Made by a program: the position numbers and the translations under genes. From Monocercomonoides exilis PA203 (taxonomy: Eukaryota > Protista > Preaxostyla), in assembly GCA_001643675.2 (NCBI GenBank), contig LSRY02000033.1:124001-188000 (forward strand): DNA of 64,000 nucleotides. The letters run 5' to 3'. This document shows, piece by piece, positions 37,782 through 52,700 of the stretch. Below the pieces are notes generated by a model that did no database searches, was not told the origin of the DNA, and saw only the letters and a list, made by a program, of their open reading frames with translations. The first letter of the stretch is position 1; each line of letters starts with the position of its first letter.

Positions 37782-40700
37782 TTATTTTGCTTCGTTGCTG
37801 TTCAAAGTACTCTCTCTGATGGTAACAAGCGTATCATAATCTCCATTGCCCGTACCAGAACTAGCACTGGAACTAGCACTGGCACTGGAACTTGCACTTG
37901 TTCTAGCAGCCGCACTGTTACAGTCGCCTCCCAGAACAATCTGAAGAGCCTCAACATTTCCCGTGCGGATCTGCTGGTACAATTTCGTTTTCTGCTCAAC
38001 CGTCGAGCCGGCTGCAATGTTCTTTCTTCGAGTCAGTTCTCGCTCTTTCTCGCTGGCCATTTCAGCAATCGTGCTCTTTTCGATTGTTCTATCTATCTCT
38101 TCAAGGAGCGCTGACCACTTCTTTTCCTGCACATCCAAAGGCAGTGAGTCTGTCATGTCAATAACAGCATCGTCTGCACCGCTGGGCCATCCCATTTGCT
38201 TGTTTTCGTTCATCTTCTCCTCAATCAGCTGTGCCCTCACACGCATCTTCTGTTCAGCTGGATTCATCGACAGGCCTTGCGCCTTCATCTGCACACGAAG
38301 ATACTTTCTGAATGGCTTGGAGCCAATAAACTGCGGCAGCACTACCACACGAAGCGCTTCAAACACAAGCATCACAATTGGGCTGAAGAACATCGGATCA
38401 GGAATGAACTGCTTCACTCGGATCAGCGCAACTTTCTCCCGCAGTGGAGCCAGTATCCGCTCAGGAACTTGGAATGGCGTAACAAACTTGCCGCTCTCAG
38501 AAAGCGAGTCGCCTGAGAAGTATCTGTCCCAAATCTCAATCGCTGCTCCTCTTTTCCGTCTTCGTATGTTCGAAAGGATCTTGTCCAGCTGCCCGCCTGC
38601 TGTCTCCTCAGTCGGAGTGTCTTCGTTCTCTTTTTGTATCAGCCGAGCAAAGTCTGTTGCAGAAATGAAGAACTCCCATGCAGTGAGTGAATAGTACCGT
38701 GCAACAAACAGAGTGAACGAGATCAGCAAGTGATCCGCATCTTCAAGTATCATGTCGATCAGTTGAGATGCTCCACCAACGCTGAGTCCAGACTTCGCTC
38801 CAACCGACATCGAAGTCAAATCCTCTGCCAGGAAGCGATTTGCCACAACGTACTCGGCTCTTGCACGGAGCAGGTCTTCTTCTCTCTTCTGCTGCTCCTG
38901 CGTGGCTGCCTTCAGCGAAGCCATAATCTCTTCTTCTGACCGCTGCAGTGACAAAGCAAGTGTTGCTGCTTTCTCCCTCGACGACTCGATCACTTTGAGT
39001 GTCCTCTCTGCCCTCAGCACACCAACACTTTCTGTCGCGATCTCCTTCCGCAGCTTCTCCTTCTGCACTTTTCGCTCTTCTTCTTGCATCGCTGATTTTT
39101 TCTTTTCCAGCTCAAATTCATACAGCCGTCTTCTTTGATGCTCTCTTTCTCTTTCTTTCTCTTTTGTTCTTTGTTTTTCGATCTCTCTCAGCTTCTTTCT
39201 CAATCCATCTCTTTCTTTATCCACCGCTTTTGTTTCTCTCAGCAGTCTCAACTTTTCTGCATCCAACAGAAGCTCTTCATCTTTCTCTTCCAAATCAGCT
39301 GTGTGCTGTTTGTCGACAGTTGCTGAGACCAGCTCGGCAGTCGCTCCTCTTTCGAACTCACTCACTGCAGATGGCACAGTTGCAATGTTCTTCATCCACT
39401 TCATCTCTTTTGTCCCAACAAACACAAACTTCTTCTGCGTCTTGTTCTTATTGCTCTCCATTACAGCGGACGAATCCTCGCTGGAATTGTCTTTCTTCTT
39501 CTTGTTCTTCTTCTTGTCTTTGTCTTTGCCTCCCTTTCCGTTGTCGTCAGCAGCTTGTTCAATCGTGTTGATTTGGAGGAAGAACGGAATAGATACAAGA
39601 TTCGTCTGATACAGGAACGATGCACAGATAATGTACTCATCCTCGCACAGAGCCCCAAGCACCGATGGAGGTGCAACAGGCGTGTCATTTGTTTCAGCCT
39701 CACATGGAATTGGAGTGTAGATATTCTTCCGCTTGAACAGTGCAGGATCGCCTGGCTCAGGCACTCTTCCTAAGCGAAGAGCAGCAAAGCCAGTGGTTGA
39801 ACTGAACGACAGAGCTGCTCCAGTTGTTGGGCGAAGTGTTGAGAATGCTGATGCAAGCGTTGGCTTGGACATTGTTTGGGAGTATGCAAGTGTAAATGAT
39901 GAAGGCTGAGGGGCCAGTGCATCTCCTGAGAATGAAGATGGTGATGTAGGAGCACTGGATTCTGTCTTATCGGCAGCTGCGATTGCAGCAAGTGCTCTTG
40001 GATTCAGTTTAACAGGTGTTGAAAGTGCATCACTAGACGAAGAAAGAGAAGAGGATGATGAAGGCGTGAATGCAAGTGTTGCAGAAGACGACAAAGGTGA
40101 TGGATTTGAAGGCAAAGCCAGGTCAGATGATGATGAAGAGATGGAAAGAGGTGACGGATTGGCTGTCTGATGGCTTGCAGGCAGAGTCTTCCATCCCTTT
40201 GAGGATGAACTAAGAGCTCCGTTTTTGCCTCCTTTCACTCCAGCGCCTTTGGAAGAGGCAAGCAGAGATGCAGCGCTCTTTGCCTGTGGATAGAGCATGT
40301 GGAGTGGCAGATTCAGGAAGCACCGCTGGAGCATCGAATAAGCTGAGTGTGTCACTCTTGTCAGCTGGCAGACAATACGCACGTGCAGACAATGATCAGG
40401 CTGTGGCAGAGTGAACGAGTTGTATCTCATAGAAGCGCGAGGGACTGTTGGTGGGATGAACACAGGATCCAAGCAAAGTGTTGATGGTCCCAGCCCAGTT
40501 GTGGTGCTTGTAGCTGCGTTGATCACAGCGAACTGGCCAGCTGTCATTGCCATTGTGGAAGGCGCAGCAGACACCAAAGGAGCACTTACACCGCCGCGCC
40601 CACTCGAAGCGCTGCTGCCGGTGTCTGGATCTGGAACAGGTACAGGTGCAAAGGATGCATGCGAAAAGGCTCTGACAAACGGCTGGGCAGACTCCAAGTG

Positions 40701-43700
40701 AGAGTACGCATTGTAGAACTGTCCTGCAGCTTGCTGCAGAAGAGGTGGGTGGCTGTGTCCAGGCAAAGGCGCACCCACAACAGAATCTGAACCAAAGGCC
40801 AGCCATTGCGCTTTGCATGCAAGAGATGAGAGCGATTCTGCTAGAATGTATGAACGGCCAACGTAATTTGGAGATGTGATGATCAGAGCATCGATCATAA
40901 GCTGTGCAAAACGCAAAGTGGAAGGACCGAACAGAGTGGGAGATGCAGACAAAAGAAGATCCCAGGCGTCAAAGAACATGAGCAGTGCGCGTGCTGAGTG
41001 ATGGTTCCATTCTTGCTTGTAGAGATACACATGGAATGGCTGCAGTGGTGCAGGAAGCCCAATCTGTGGCTCTGACATTGTGGCAACAGATCCCTGTCCA
41101 CTCATCATTGTCGCCATCAGCCTCTCTGTTCCTGATAGCGAGTACTTCTGCACAACTACGATTCTCTCAACAATCAGTCCTTTCATTGCATCCACCACAT
41201 CCAAAAGCAAGTTGTCTGGGTCTGACAAAATGATGTTGTCACCACGCAGCTTGTCAAACGCATTCAAAAGCGCAGTCAGTGCCAAATTGAGAGCAGATGG
41301 AATTTCACCCAATTCCTGGACAAGTGAACGCAACAATCCTGATATGTACTCCAGGAATGACTCAGCTGACCACACCTCCTCCACACTCGTCAGCGAAGGT
41401 TGACCAAATGAGTCTGAGCGCTTCAGAGCTTCATACGGCACGATCTCCTGTGTGAGAGTTGTGCTTATGCCACCTGGCGGTGCTCCCACAAGAGACATGA
41501 GAGGCTCCAGCTCCTTAATGTGTGCGTTAAAGTGATCAAGTTCTAAGGCTCCCTTTGCCAATCGACTCTTCACAACGCTTTTGCCCTTTGTTGATGCCTT
41601 GCCGCTGCCTCCGCTTGACGAAGAGGAACCAGAATGAGAAGAGCCAGACGCATCTCTCAGAAGCATTGTTTGGGACATATCTGTCTTCTCCTCTGTCAAA
41701 AGGAGTGCTCTGTCTGCTGCTGAAAGCAATGCGCCTCCTCTGCCTGAAGATATGCGGCGTGCAATTGTGGACAGACGCCATCTGCGCTGTGATGAGAGAG
41801 AAGCATGAATGACAGGCACAATCACACACAACGCAGTGAACAGCGTGTCGACCCAGCTGGCCCATCCGCCATTGACAGTCATTGGCAAATGCGAGAAGCA
41901 ATGAGAAGTTGGATAGCTTTCTGTGGACATCACAAAGTTTGTGTCAATTGCAGGGTTGATCAAAAGAGCTATGCACTGCAGGGCGATCAAAGAAGGTGAG
42001 GCCACTTTGAAGTCTCTGTGAAGATCACTCTGCAAGTTGGGGACTCGCGGGACTGATGCTGCAGATGAAGAGGAAGCAGGCGGATTCAGTGCAAGTGCAG
42101 CCGAAAGTGGTGTTGGATTGGCTGACGGGGTGTTTGAGAGTGACGAGATCGGAGCAGAAGAAGACGATGGAGCAGCAGATTCTTCAGCCAGACTGAAAAG
42201 CGGGTTGGCGCTGAAATGGCTGAACTGCATCATTGCCGTTGACTGCTGAAGCGAATGTGTAGATTGTCCGTCGAATCCAATGCTCATCATTCCTCCGCTG
42301 TTCACTCCTCCATTTGCACTCACATTCATAAACGGCTGCTGCACTAGAAGACGCATCAATGCCTGTGACTGAACAGACACAGAGCCAGTTGCAATGTCCC
42401 TCATTGTTCTCTGTCTCCTCTCGAGTGCTGCATTGAACTGTGCAAGCGTCGAATAGAGTGTTCCAGGTGTCTTCTTCTCGTTGGCAGCTGCAGATGTCTT
42501 AGCAACTGTAAGCGTGCGCCTCTGCCTGCGGTTGAAGAAGTGCTGCGGGTGTTTTAGCTCATACACGATATCGCCAGCATATGCCTGCTGCTCAGCAGCT
42601 GCGGCAGGCGATGAGAGAGAAGAGCAATCATCACTGGCGATTGTGGAAAGCGAGGTTAGCGACGAAAACGGAGAAGAAACAGACGAAAGCATCCAGTTTG
42701 CAGAGCCAGCAGTAGCTGAGTTCATGTTCATTGCCGTCTGTGACAGTTCGTCGTATGTCACATCAAAAGATGGATGCAGCAAGATAGGCCGAACTGACAG
42801 CAAACGAAGCAGAAGTGGAAGGAGACCAGGGAACGGAGGCGGGCGGATGGTAAGCTGCTGCGGAGACACACCCCACAGCGTATAGTGTTGAGCAGTTGGG
42901 ATGGCGTTTGGCGCAGGGCCTCTTCGGAACAGTGTGACAGATTGCACAAGGCTCATCAGCTCTTTTGGCATCATTTCTCTGAAGTCGGCCATTGATGTGA
43001 AGGTAGCTATGCTCTTTGGCTCGCTGCGGCTGCGGGCAAATTCTGCAACAGCTGGGGCAGAGTTGAGGGAGGTGTATGTTGTGAGCGAAGGAGGCATGTC
43101 CAAATTCTCCTGATACTCGTCAGTGTATAGTGAAGATGCTGCCATGTGCACTTTTTGCATCATCACCAGCACAGGCTCCGTGTAGCCGTTTGGTCGGATG
43201 GAGTATTCCTGCCCAAGTTCTTTCTCCATCGATGATAACACTTCAGAAGGAAGAGAAGTCTTCTTCCGCACAACAGAAGATGGTTCGCTGTTACTATCAG
43301 CACTTCCACTAGCTGTTGTTTTGAATGTTGCGCTTTCGAGGTCTTTGCTCTTCTTCTTCTTCTTTTTCTCAGTCGACGCTGTTAGCTCATCAGGAATCAC
43401 CACACCACGATGGCTGGCAAAGGAGAAGAAGTCTCTCAGTGGAGAGTGCTCTAAGATGTTGATAGAGTCAATCGTGGGGCCATTCGTCTCTTCCACTTGG
43501 ACGTTTTTGCTCTTTCGCGAGCGAAGCAGCGAGAATTTATCGCCCATCTGCTTTTTCTCGTTCTCTTCGATTTCTGCAATGATTTCTCGGTGTCTGCGGT
43601 ATGATGGCCACGATGCAGCTTTCAGTTCAGCCAGGCAATTCGTGTCTGGATTGCGCTGTGCCAACAGAGAGACGATGAGTCTGGTGCGTTTGTGTGTTGC

Positions 43701-46700
43701 AGTCAGCGAATGGAAGACAGCAGAAACAGCTTGTGAAGCAACTTGCACATCGGGATGGACACAGACCAGGTAAGGCACAAGAATAGAGGCCTCTTCCAAG
43801 AAGTTGCGGGTGGATACGAAGAGCTGAGCTGATTGGAGCATCATGTAGTTTGCTGTGAGTGGCAATGTCTCTTCTTTCGCTTTGCCTTTCTTGGAAGATG
43901 GGGATGTTGTTGCTGAAGAAGACGAAGTTGAAGCTGATGATGAAGTTGCTGAAGATGACGAAGTAGATGCCGAAGATGATGAGGATGATGATGCAAATGA
44001 ATCTTTGTCTCCTGAAAGATATGGCTTAAGTCCACTTTGAGGCATTCCCGTTCCATCTTTATTCATCACAGATTGCATGTTTGCTCCTTTCGCTTCCTCA
44101 TTCTGCTGTTCCAGCAGAGCTGCCCTGTGAGCCGAGGCAAGAGCAGCAGGGGTTATATTCAACAACAAGAGATGTCCCTGATCAAGCAAGTAAGGATTGG
44201 ATAGAATGCCATTCATAAACAGAGTCTCGCAGATGAGGATGACCTGGCGGATGATGTGAGGCGAAGACCAAGCTGGAGATGGAAGCACATGGGACGGGAG
44301 CTCACTGGCAGGGAATGCATGCACAGGAATTGGCAAAGTGTGGGTGAGGGAAGATGGAGACGAGAGGAGAGAGATAATCAGAGAAATATCACTCAGCCTC
44401 ACGAAGGATGTCTGAGGTGTTGGGGGCATCTCGTCCTCTGCAAAGTCGTCGTCGTCTTCATCCGCATCATCGTCAATTTCGTCTTCGTCTTCCATATCGA
44501 TCAGCTCAAATCCTTCATCTCCATTTGCAAACCCTTCTTCCTCGTTCTTCTTTCGTTGCCATTGAATCCTTTCTTCTTTCTTTCTTGCCTTCTCAAGCTT
44601 CTTCATCATCCTGCCGTATGAGCCAGCGGTTGGTCTTGGTTTCTGTTCCGTGCCTGGTTTTGGCGCATACTCACCCAGTTGTGAAGACAGATAGTTCAAA
44701 GAGATCAGAATGGCACGATAGATTCTGAGTGATGCAACACACACAGCAGGTGACTCATGTGCAGTTGCCCACTGCACAATGCAGCGCATCAGGACGGCGA
44801 TGGCTGAAGGAGAGTGGAAGAATAGAACTACCAGTGCGTGAATAAACAGAGGGAGTGGGATGGGCTGTGAGACATCGAGTGCATCAATCATCTGCTCCGG
44901 TGTCAGTGTTTGAAGAGAATTGTTATTGTCTTCTGCCATCGAAAGCAAGGATGGTGCATTTGACGATCCATTTGCAGTAGAAGCGGTGTTCTGCGCTGAG
45001 CTGCTTCCAGACACTGAGAACGAGCCAGCACCTGCTCCGATGGATGATGCAGAAGAGAGTGGCTGGCCAGTGCCCTTGTTATTTGTGTTGGGAGGAGTGA
45101 ATGTCGGGTAAGTGTACGAATCCCACCGCCAGTCAATTGGCCACGGCTCAGCAGTGTCTGTGTAGCGTGCATAGTGTGTGGAGATGCGGGAGAGCAGCAT
45201 GCGCGCTTTCGCCCACATCTCTCTGAAACGGGGTGTGGCTGTGAAGGATGGGTACTTATCGTCCAGCGACTGTTGCCCCCACTCATGTACCAGCACCTGA
45301 GGACGGTACAGCACAAGCACATCCACCAGCCTCAAGAGGAGATGGCGGATGACTGACGGAAGGTTGTTGTTTGGTGTGGATGTGGCTGTGGGAAAGGCAG
45401 AAAGTGTTGTTCCTGAAGTCGAGCCAGTCGAGCCCAGTGCAGCCACTGCGATGCTGTGCTGCCCTGTGGGCGTGTCGCTCTCAGGTGAGGCAGGAGACAG
45501 GAAGATCTGCTGAGGAGGCGCATAATGAGTCAGTGAGAAGGCAAACAGCATCGGAACAAACGAGAGAATGGCGTTGATGTCGGAGTTGATGTACCCGCTG
45601 ATCATGTTCGCGACAATTCCACGTGCAAACAGGAACTGTCGTGTCTGCTCCAGTGCCAGCATTCTTGCTTTTTCCAGCTGCACTTTCTTTCTCTCCAGAT
45701 TGAATTGCTCGCCACTCCTGTTCCTTCCTGAGCGCCCTTTCTTCTTTCCTTTGCCTTCTGTTTTCTCTGTAGCAGCAGCTGCGGCAGCCGCTTGTTGCTG
45801 CTTCAACGCAGCAGCAGCCAGAACAGCATATCTCCTTCTCACCTCCAACGCAGTCGAGCGCTGAAATCCGTGGAGTGCCTTCCACATTGTGGGCGTGAAT
45901 ATCACCAAGATGTTCTCAAGTGTGGCAGCTGGGTGGATTCTCAGGAGATACTCCATGATGTGCCAGACAGGCAGGATCGAGGCGGGCTGACGGACACCTG
46001 TAGAGATCAGCTGGCGGATGATGACGGTGAAGTTGCGAGAGATTTTGAACATGTTCTCTTCGGATATCATGGCTTCTCCTTCTTCATCATCCTCTTCATC
46101 CAGATCTTCTTCCTCTTCTTCTTCAGCAACAGTGCCAGCAGCAACTGATTTTTGTGTGGATTCGACAATTTGTCTCAATGCTTCATCGTCTGAGTCTTCA
46201 TCGTCTGCATTGGCAGAAGTGGAAGAAGCTGTGATGTTCGGCGACAGACCAACAAGCGCAGCATTCTTCAGAGAAACCAGTTGCGAAGAGCCAGCATTCA
46301 AAGCAGCTTTCCCTCCCTTTCTGAATGCTCCAAACTTCTTCCCCACAACTCCCTTCTCCTTCAGCTCACTCAGCCGGATTCCTCTCAGCTTCAGCTTCTT
46401 CACGTATCTCTTCATCGCCATCCGTCTCTTCTTCCTCCTCTGCCTCTCTTTCCCATCAGCGTGTGTAAATGCCAGCCTTGCCCACACAACAAGATACGAC
46501 TCTAGCAGAGCATCCGATGATGTGTGCGAGCTTTCTCTCAGGTCTGGCAAAAGAGGCATTCTCTGCTTGTTCAGAATCATCAGTCTTGCAGAGGCTCCAA
46601 GCACAGATGAAACAATTGACCCACTGCCTCCTTGTTTGCTGGCAAGAATAGAGAATGACTTGCCTGCGTTGTCCTGCTGTGCCATCAGTTCGTTTCCATC

Positions 46701-49700
46701 TGGCAATGCATGTGACGTTGTCTCCAGCCGTGCTCTCACAAGCCCAATGAGAATCTCCAAGAAGTGGTTCCGTGTGTCCATGTCAGATTTGATCAGGTTT
46801 GACACTTCGATCCAGGGGACGATCAGCCACATCGACGACTGTGCAATAGAAAGAGGGGTATCTGCCTCAGCCAGAATACGTGGGAGCGAATGGCTCTGCA
46901 GTGTGCCGATGAAAGGCTCTCTCAGAACGTCCTGAGTGAACTCGTCGAGGTCTCTGCCCACATCATCCTGCTCTTTGTTGTCCAAGTCATCAGCTGACTC
47001 GTTCCACGTGTTGTCCTTCATGTGTGCTGCCACTTTCTCCAAATGCATACACATCCACTGAATCACATTCAAGCCCAGTGGTGCCAGTGCCTGTGCAGTT
47101 GCCTCAGAGAGAGGGAGAGCAGCTGCTTGGAGCGCGCTGGATGTTGTGGCAGTGAGCAGTGCAAAGCGTACAGTGTTGAACACTCTCAATGCAGCAATCA
47201 GGTTTCGCCGCTCGAATTTGTGAGTTGCTAAAAATGTTGGATCGAACAAAGGATTCTCCGGTGGTTCAGCTGGTTCTGGCGGAGATGCATCGTCAGAAGG
47301 CTCAGAGGGTGCAGGGAGAGGAGGAAGAAGATCAGTGACATCTTCAAACAGCCCTCTTTCCACAGCTCTCAAAAGATAGCGAAGCACTTTTCGAAGGACA
47401 AGAAAGGCTGCCAGTCGAACTTCGACAATTGAAGACATAATGTGCAGCAAAGCAAATGTGACAGCAGCTGAGATGAAGACGAATATTTCGTGCAGGTTGT
47501 AAGGTGAGGGATCCCATTCAAGACACAAGAAGCGCAGAAAACGGACTCTGAAGACAGGGCCGCGTGGCATTCCAAAGGCGAAGCAATCATTCATCAGGCG
47601 CGCAAACATGTGATGTGGATAGAAGGACAGCAGAAGAGACAAAAACGGAGTGATGGGGTGAGTATCCTTGGCATCACGATATGAAACATCTGCTTTCTTT
47701 GGTGCGATTCCTTTCTGTGTGAGGATGTTGCGTTCCGCAGAAGACGAGGAAAGAGGGAATGAGAAGCATAAGCGGGACATCCTGTATTCATTTGCCAGCA
47801 TTTGTGCTGCCTCGGCTAATGCGAAGAAGCGCAGAGAAGTTGAAGAGATGAGAAGAGGATTGAATGTGGGCAAGATGTCCATCGAGACAAGTGAGTTTGA
47901 AGCTGCATTCGACTGAGCAGACGCAGAAGAAGCAGAAGGATCAGGAATGTTTGTTGTTGGCGGCAGTGAGGCTGTCATTGGAGTGAGTGACATTGTCATC
48001 GGGGAAGCGATCATTGCAAGTGCTGAAATTGGCTCGCCCATCACCATATTTGCAGGCTTGCCACCAATCATCCTTTGCCGGATGTAGAAAGACAGCTCAG
48101 CTTCCATCATTATTGCTAGTGGTTTTGTTGTTCTCTTCCGCTTTCTGAATTTAAGCTTCATTTGAGCATCTGCAGACAACTCACCGTTCTGTGCAGGCTC
48201 AGCCTCTTCATCATCATCGTCAAGATAGTCTAGATCCAAGAAGTCTGCTGGGGGCATAATGCCATCAATCGCACCAGCAGGGATTGGGATGGTGCCTTCA
48301 GTGACTGCTTTCTTCAGCCCGCTCTTCTTCGTCGAGCGTGCCAGTGCGTGCTGCCTCAGCCGCTTCTCAACCTGCTGTGAGCGGCTGCGGAACTTGTCGA
48401 TTTCAACACGCAGAAGCTCTTCGTTGATGTCTGCTGCGTTGAACTCAGCCAGTGGAGCATACAATGACGGATGCACATGGTTCTTCTCAAACACCAGCGG
48501 AAGGCGCGGGTCAAACAGACGCAGGATGTGCGAGACACCTGCGTGTGCCGACAGCCTCAGTGACATTGTTGTGTGGCAGAAATATCGATAGCACTTTGTT
48601 GCCAGTTCTACGTTCTTTCCACGACCTTCTCTGAATTTCTCTCCCTTTCTGGTTGCGTCTGCCAGCTCGTTCACATCTCTTCTGCATTCCTTGTCGAGTG
48701 CTTCAAAGGCTTGGTTGAATACGCCATAGCCTGTGCAGTTCATCATCAGCCTCAGCACTTCCACACGCAGCGACATTCCCCACGTTGCCAAGGCCTGCAA
48801 CAGACCACGTGACAAAGAGCACATCGGGAAGCCATCAACATAGCTGGGCACAACAGCCACAAACACAAATGCATTGCGAGTGATCGGAATGGTCGGTACA
48901 TCTTTTGTTGGCTGGCGTTTTGCAAGTGATAACGCAGATGGATCAGAAGCAGATGGAGAAACTAAGGTTGTCGTTGTAGTTGCAGCAGCAGAGGCCAGTG
49001 CATCAGAAATAGAAAGAGTGGCCATTGAGCCTAAGGATGTTGTCTGAGGAGCTACTGAGCGCTTGTTGAAGGAAGACTTTGCAGAAGACACAGCTGAGGA
49101 TGCAGAAGCAGACAAGTCATCCACAATTGCAGACATCACACCATTAGAGGAAGAAGAAGCTGAAGCAGAGGATGAAGAAGAGCCAGTTGTAAGTGTTTTC
49201 ATTTCTTCGTTCCAAGGCTGTTGTTCTGAAAGCGCACCAAACGAGAATGGCTGCCAAGGCGAGAATAGTTCGTCAACTTCGACTTTTGGCTTCACTGGCT
49301 CTATTTTCTCCATCTCTTCTTTCTCCTTCTTTTTGCCTTTCTTTTTGCCTTTGCCCTTTTTCGTGTCTTTGATTTCCACATCCTCTTCAACTTCTTCCAC
49401 CAGCTTCTCAATTGCTTCCGAGTCTTCAAACTCCAATTTTCTAACAACGTCGCCAATCACAACCATCTTTGCTGGGGAAGAGAACGCATATTGTGAATAG
49501 ATGCTTGGCCCCTGTCCATTAGCATCCAGAGTGACAGCAGAGGAAGACGGCTGGAATGGAACGAGACAAGGCGACACACCCAGCGAACACACACAGAACT
49601 CATCGCTTGTTTCTTCCACCGTCGCATCTCTCAAAGCAGCATCCATTCCAAAGAGAGATCCAGAAGAGATAGAAGCAATAAGCGCGTTGGTCACTGAAGG

Positions 49701-52700
49701 CGCATGCCCCATTTGTGAGAGCTCAGAAGAGAGAGGATACATCGACAGTGAATCGAATGTGTGTCCACTCAGCGAAGACGCCTGCATCATGTGCAGAGAA
49801 GAGGCCCAGTACCATCTGGCTAGCAAGACAACGTCTCTTTTGGATGTTGGTGTGGACAGGAAGTATTCAGACAATATTCCTGTTCCTTCTCTGTCGCGTG
49901 ACATAATCTCTCGAATCATCTGCTCTTTTGCACTTAGCCCTGCTTTCTCTTCGGGCTCTGGTTCTTCCTCCAGCAGTGGATTGAGCTGTTCTTTCTTCTT
50001 CTTCTTCTTCTCGCCCTTTTCTTTGTCCCCCTTCTCATTCTTTTCGTTCTCGCTCTTCATCCTTGCAATACGGGCTTCTGTGTTGTCCACATCAAGCAGC
50101 TCGTGCGAGTTGATTGAATCTGCAATGGCACGAGGCGGAGGCAACCTCAGCGATGGAGGAGGTAAAAATCCCAATGTGAGTGCATGTGCTAATGCAGACA
50201 CCGCGCCGATCGCATTCACCGTGCGGAGAAGAAAGTCCAGCACACCTCTGTCTTTGCTAGAAGCGCTCAGTGAGTTACTGTCTGGTGCTGGCACAACATG
50301 CGAAACATGATCTCTTCCAACAGAGAAAGTGCTCAGGATTGAACCCAACAAAGGAACATGCGGCTCTTCTTCTTCTTTGTCGTTGGCTTCTTCGCCAATC
50401 ACAATCTGCTCTGTCTCGTAGCATCTGGCTGGAAACAGCACATCACCAAATCGAGTGAAACGAGGCAGACAACGCACCAAATAAGGAAGATCAGTCATGG
50501 CTGCAAGCAGAGATAGATAGAAGCACATAATAACATCTGGTGAGCATGCCAGTGCAACTGGGAAACTTGTGTTCTCTGCGATGACACGCAGCATTCGAGG
50601 CACAAGCAGACGCTCATCAATGGCAGACAGCCTATCAGAAGCAATGGGCAAGAATGTGGGAGTGGGGAGGTTTGTGATGTATTGCACTTGATCTGAACTA
50701 AGGGCGGAATGAGGGGCCTCAGATGAAGATGATGATGATGAACTTCCTTCAGGTTGTTGCGGAGGAAGGCCAGCTGCTTCGCCTGCGGCTTGCTGCTCAG
50801 CCAGAAGTCTGGCAGCCTCAGCAGCTTCTGCTGCTGCTTTGGCTTTGGCTTCTTCCTCTTGTTTCGCTTTCTCCTTCCTTCTCTTTGCCTCTTTGTATGA
50901 AGGGAAGAAGATATTGCACCAGACATCTGTGCAGTGCAGGATGGGCAAAATGGCTTGTGGATTGGCGACAGACAACGCAAAGAACGCTCCGTTCTGGAAT
51001 GTGAAGATGGGGGTGACCAAGCACTGCATCAGCAGCGGGGCCAGCTCACAGATGTGTGTGGTGTACTCGTCAGACTCCATCACCATCGTCACGCGAGACA
51101 GCGAATAAGGCGGATCAACCAGTGTGGAATCAGTCAGCGAGCTCAGCCGGCTAACCCCATCGTCTCCCACAGCAGCTGCAGTCAGTTCTGCAAACTCGTC
51201 TTTTCCTTTCCTCGGGTTAGCAGCATAGCCCAGAGGGTCGGCAGATAGTGTTGCTTTGTTCTTTCCAGTCATCTCCACACGCAGAATCTCTCCATTGTAT
51301 GTGCTCATTGCCAGCGCCCAGTCTGCCGATGAAACTGCTCCAAATGCCAGCCCTCCAATAAGAGTGTTCGGCACAAGCGATCGCAGCCCTTCTGTGAAGC
51401 CCATTGAAGAGTGCAAAGATGAAAGAGCATCAGTAGGGATCGGTGGAGAAGTCTTCAGGAATATCTTGGCGGCTGTGAGGAAGCTGACAGACGCTTCTGT
51501 GCTGCACATTGCCGACATCCGCTGCGCCAGCACGCCGAGGCATGCACTCCACAGCGTCTCCAAATGCATTTTGCTTTTGAAGATCTCAAAGAGCGAGGTG
51601 AAGTCGTATGTGTTGCAGGCAGTCAAGATCGTTGGCTTCAAAAATGGTGCCCGCTCTTCCAATATTTCTGGGTTCTCGTCTGGCTGGAGGATAATCTCTT
51701 GCTGGTTGGATCGGAGTGTCTCGATCTCCCACAGCCTGTGCAGATGCCGTCTTTCTTGCTCCACAAGTGCATCGATCTCCTTTGGTGCTGTCTCCGAGCG
51801 AGAAGAGAGCAGAGACGCTACTCTCGTCAGCATTTCAGTGTTGGGGGATTCTTCATCGTCCCAGTCTATTATGAGTGGCTCGTCCAAATTGATGGCGCGG
51901 GATTCCTGTGCAGCAACTAACCACAGCAGAGAAGGAACGTTCTCCAACGTAGGAGGAGGAGGAGGAATGTAGTTGAGAACACGTGAAAGCTGCCGAAAAG
52001 CAGAATAGACAACATGGTTTCCAAAGGAAGGAGGAGAATACTGCGACAAAAAGGAATGAATAGCATCGAGTGCTGTAATGTCTGATGAAGACTCTGAAGG
52101 AGATGAGAACTGTTGCTGAATGCGTCTTGTGATAGAAGATATCCATCCACACGTTGAATGGTACAGCTCCACATCTTCCTCTTCCATGTGGATCTTGTCA
52201 GGGTCTGGTGTTGATACAGCTGGCAGAAGAGAGAGCCAAGAAGAGCCAGCCTCAGCAGGGACAGCACGGATCACTGCAATGGATGCTGCAGAGTGTGCAA
52301 TAGACACAATTGACTGCGATGAGAAATAGAACTGACGAGTGATGGATTCCAGTGCTTTGAATGCTGGATGTTCAAACAGCGCGTCTTCACCGCTTGATCC
52401 CAGAGGCCCCATCCACATTCCCTTCGATCCGAAAGGTGACTGTTTGCCCATCTGAGCAGAGTCGTATTTCCCCTTTGATTTGAATCTCATTGTGAGCGTG
52501 TCAAAATCTGAAGGTGTGAGAAGCTCAGTCATGTCATTTTCTCTCTTCCACATGTCAATTCTGGATGCCAATTCTGACTGTGAAAGGAAAGGTGACAGGA
52601 ACAACGGGGTTGGGATAAGGCTGGGGCTGGAGATGGCAGAGAAGGAAGTTGGGATAGGAGCAGATGATGTAGAGGCATACTGCATGGTTGGGTGTTGTGC

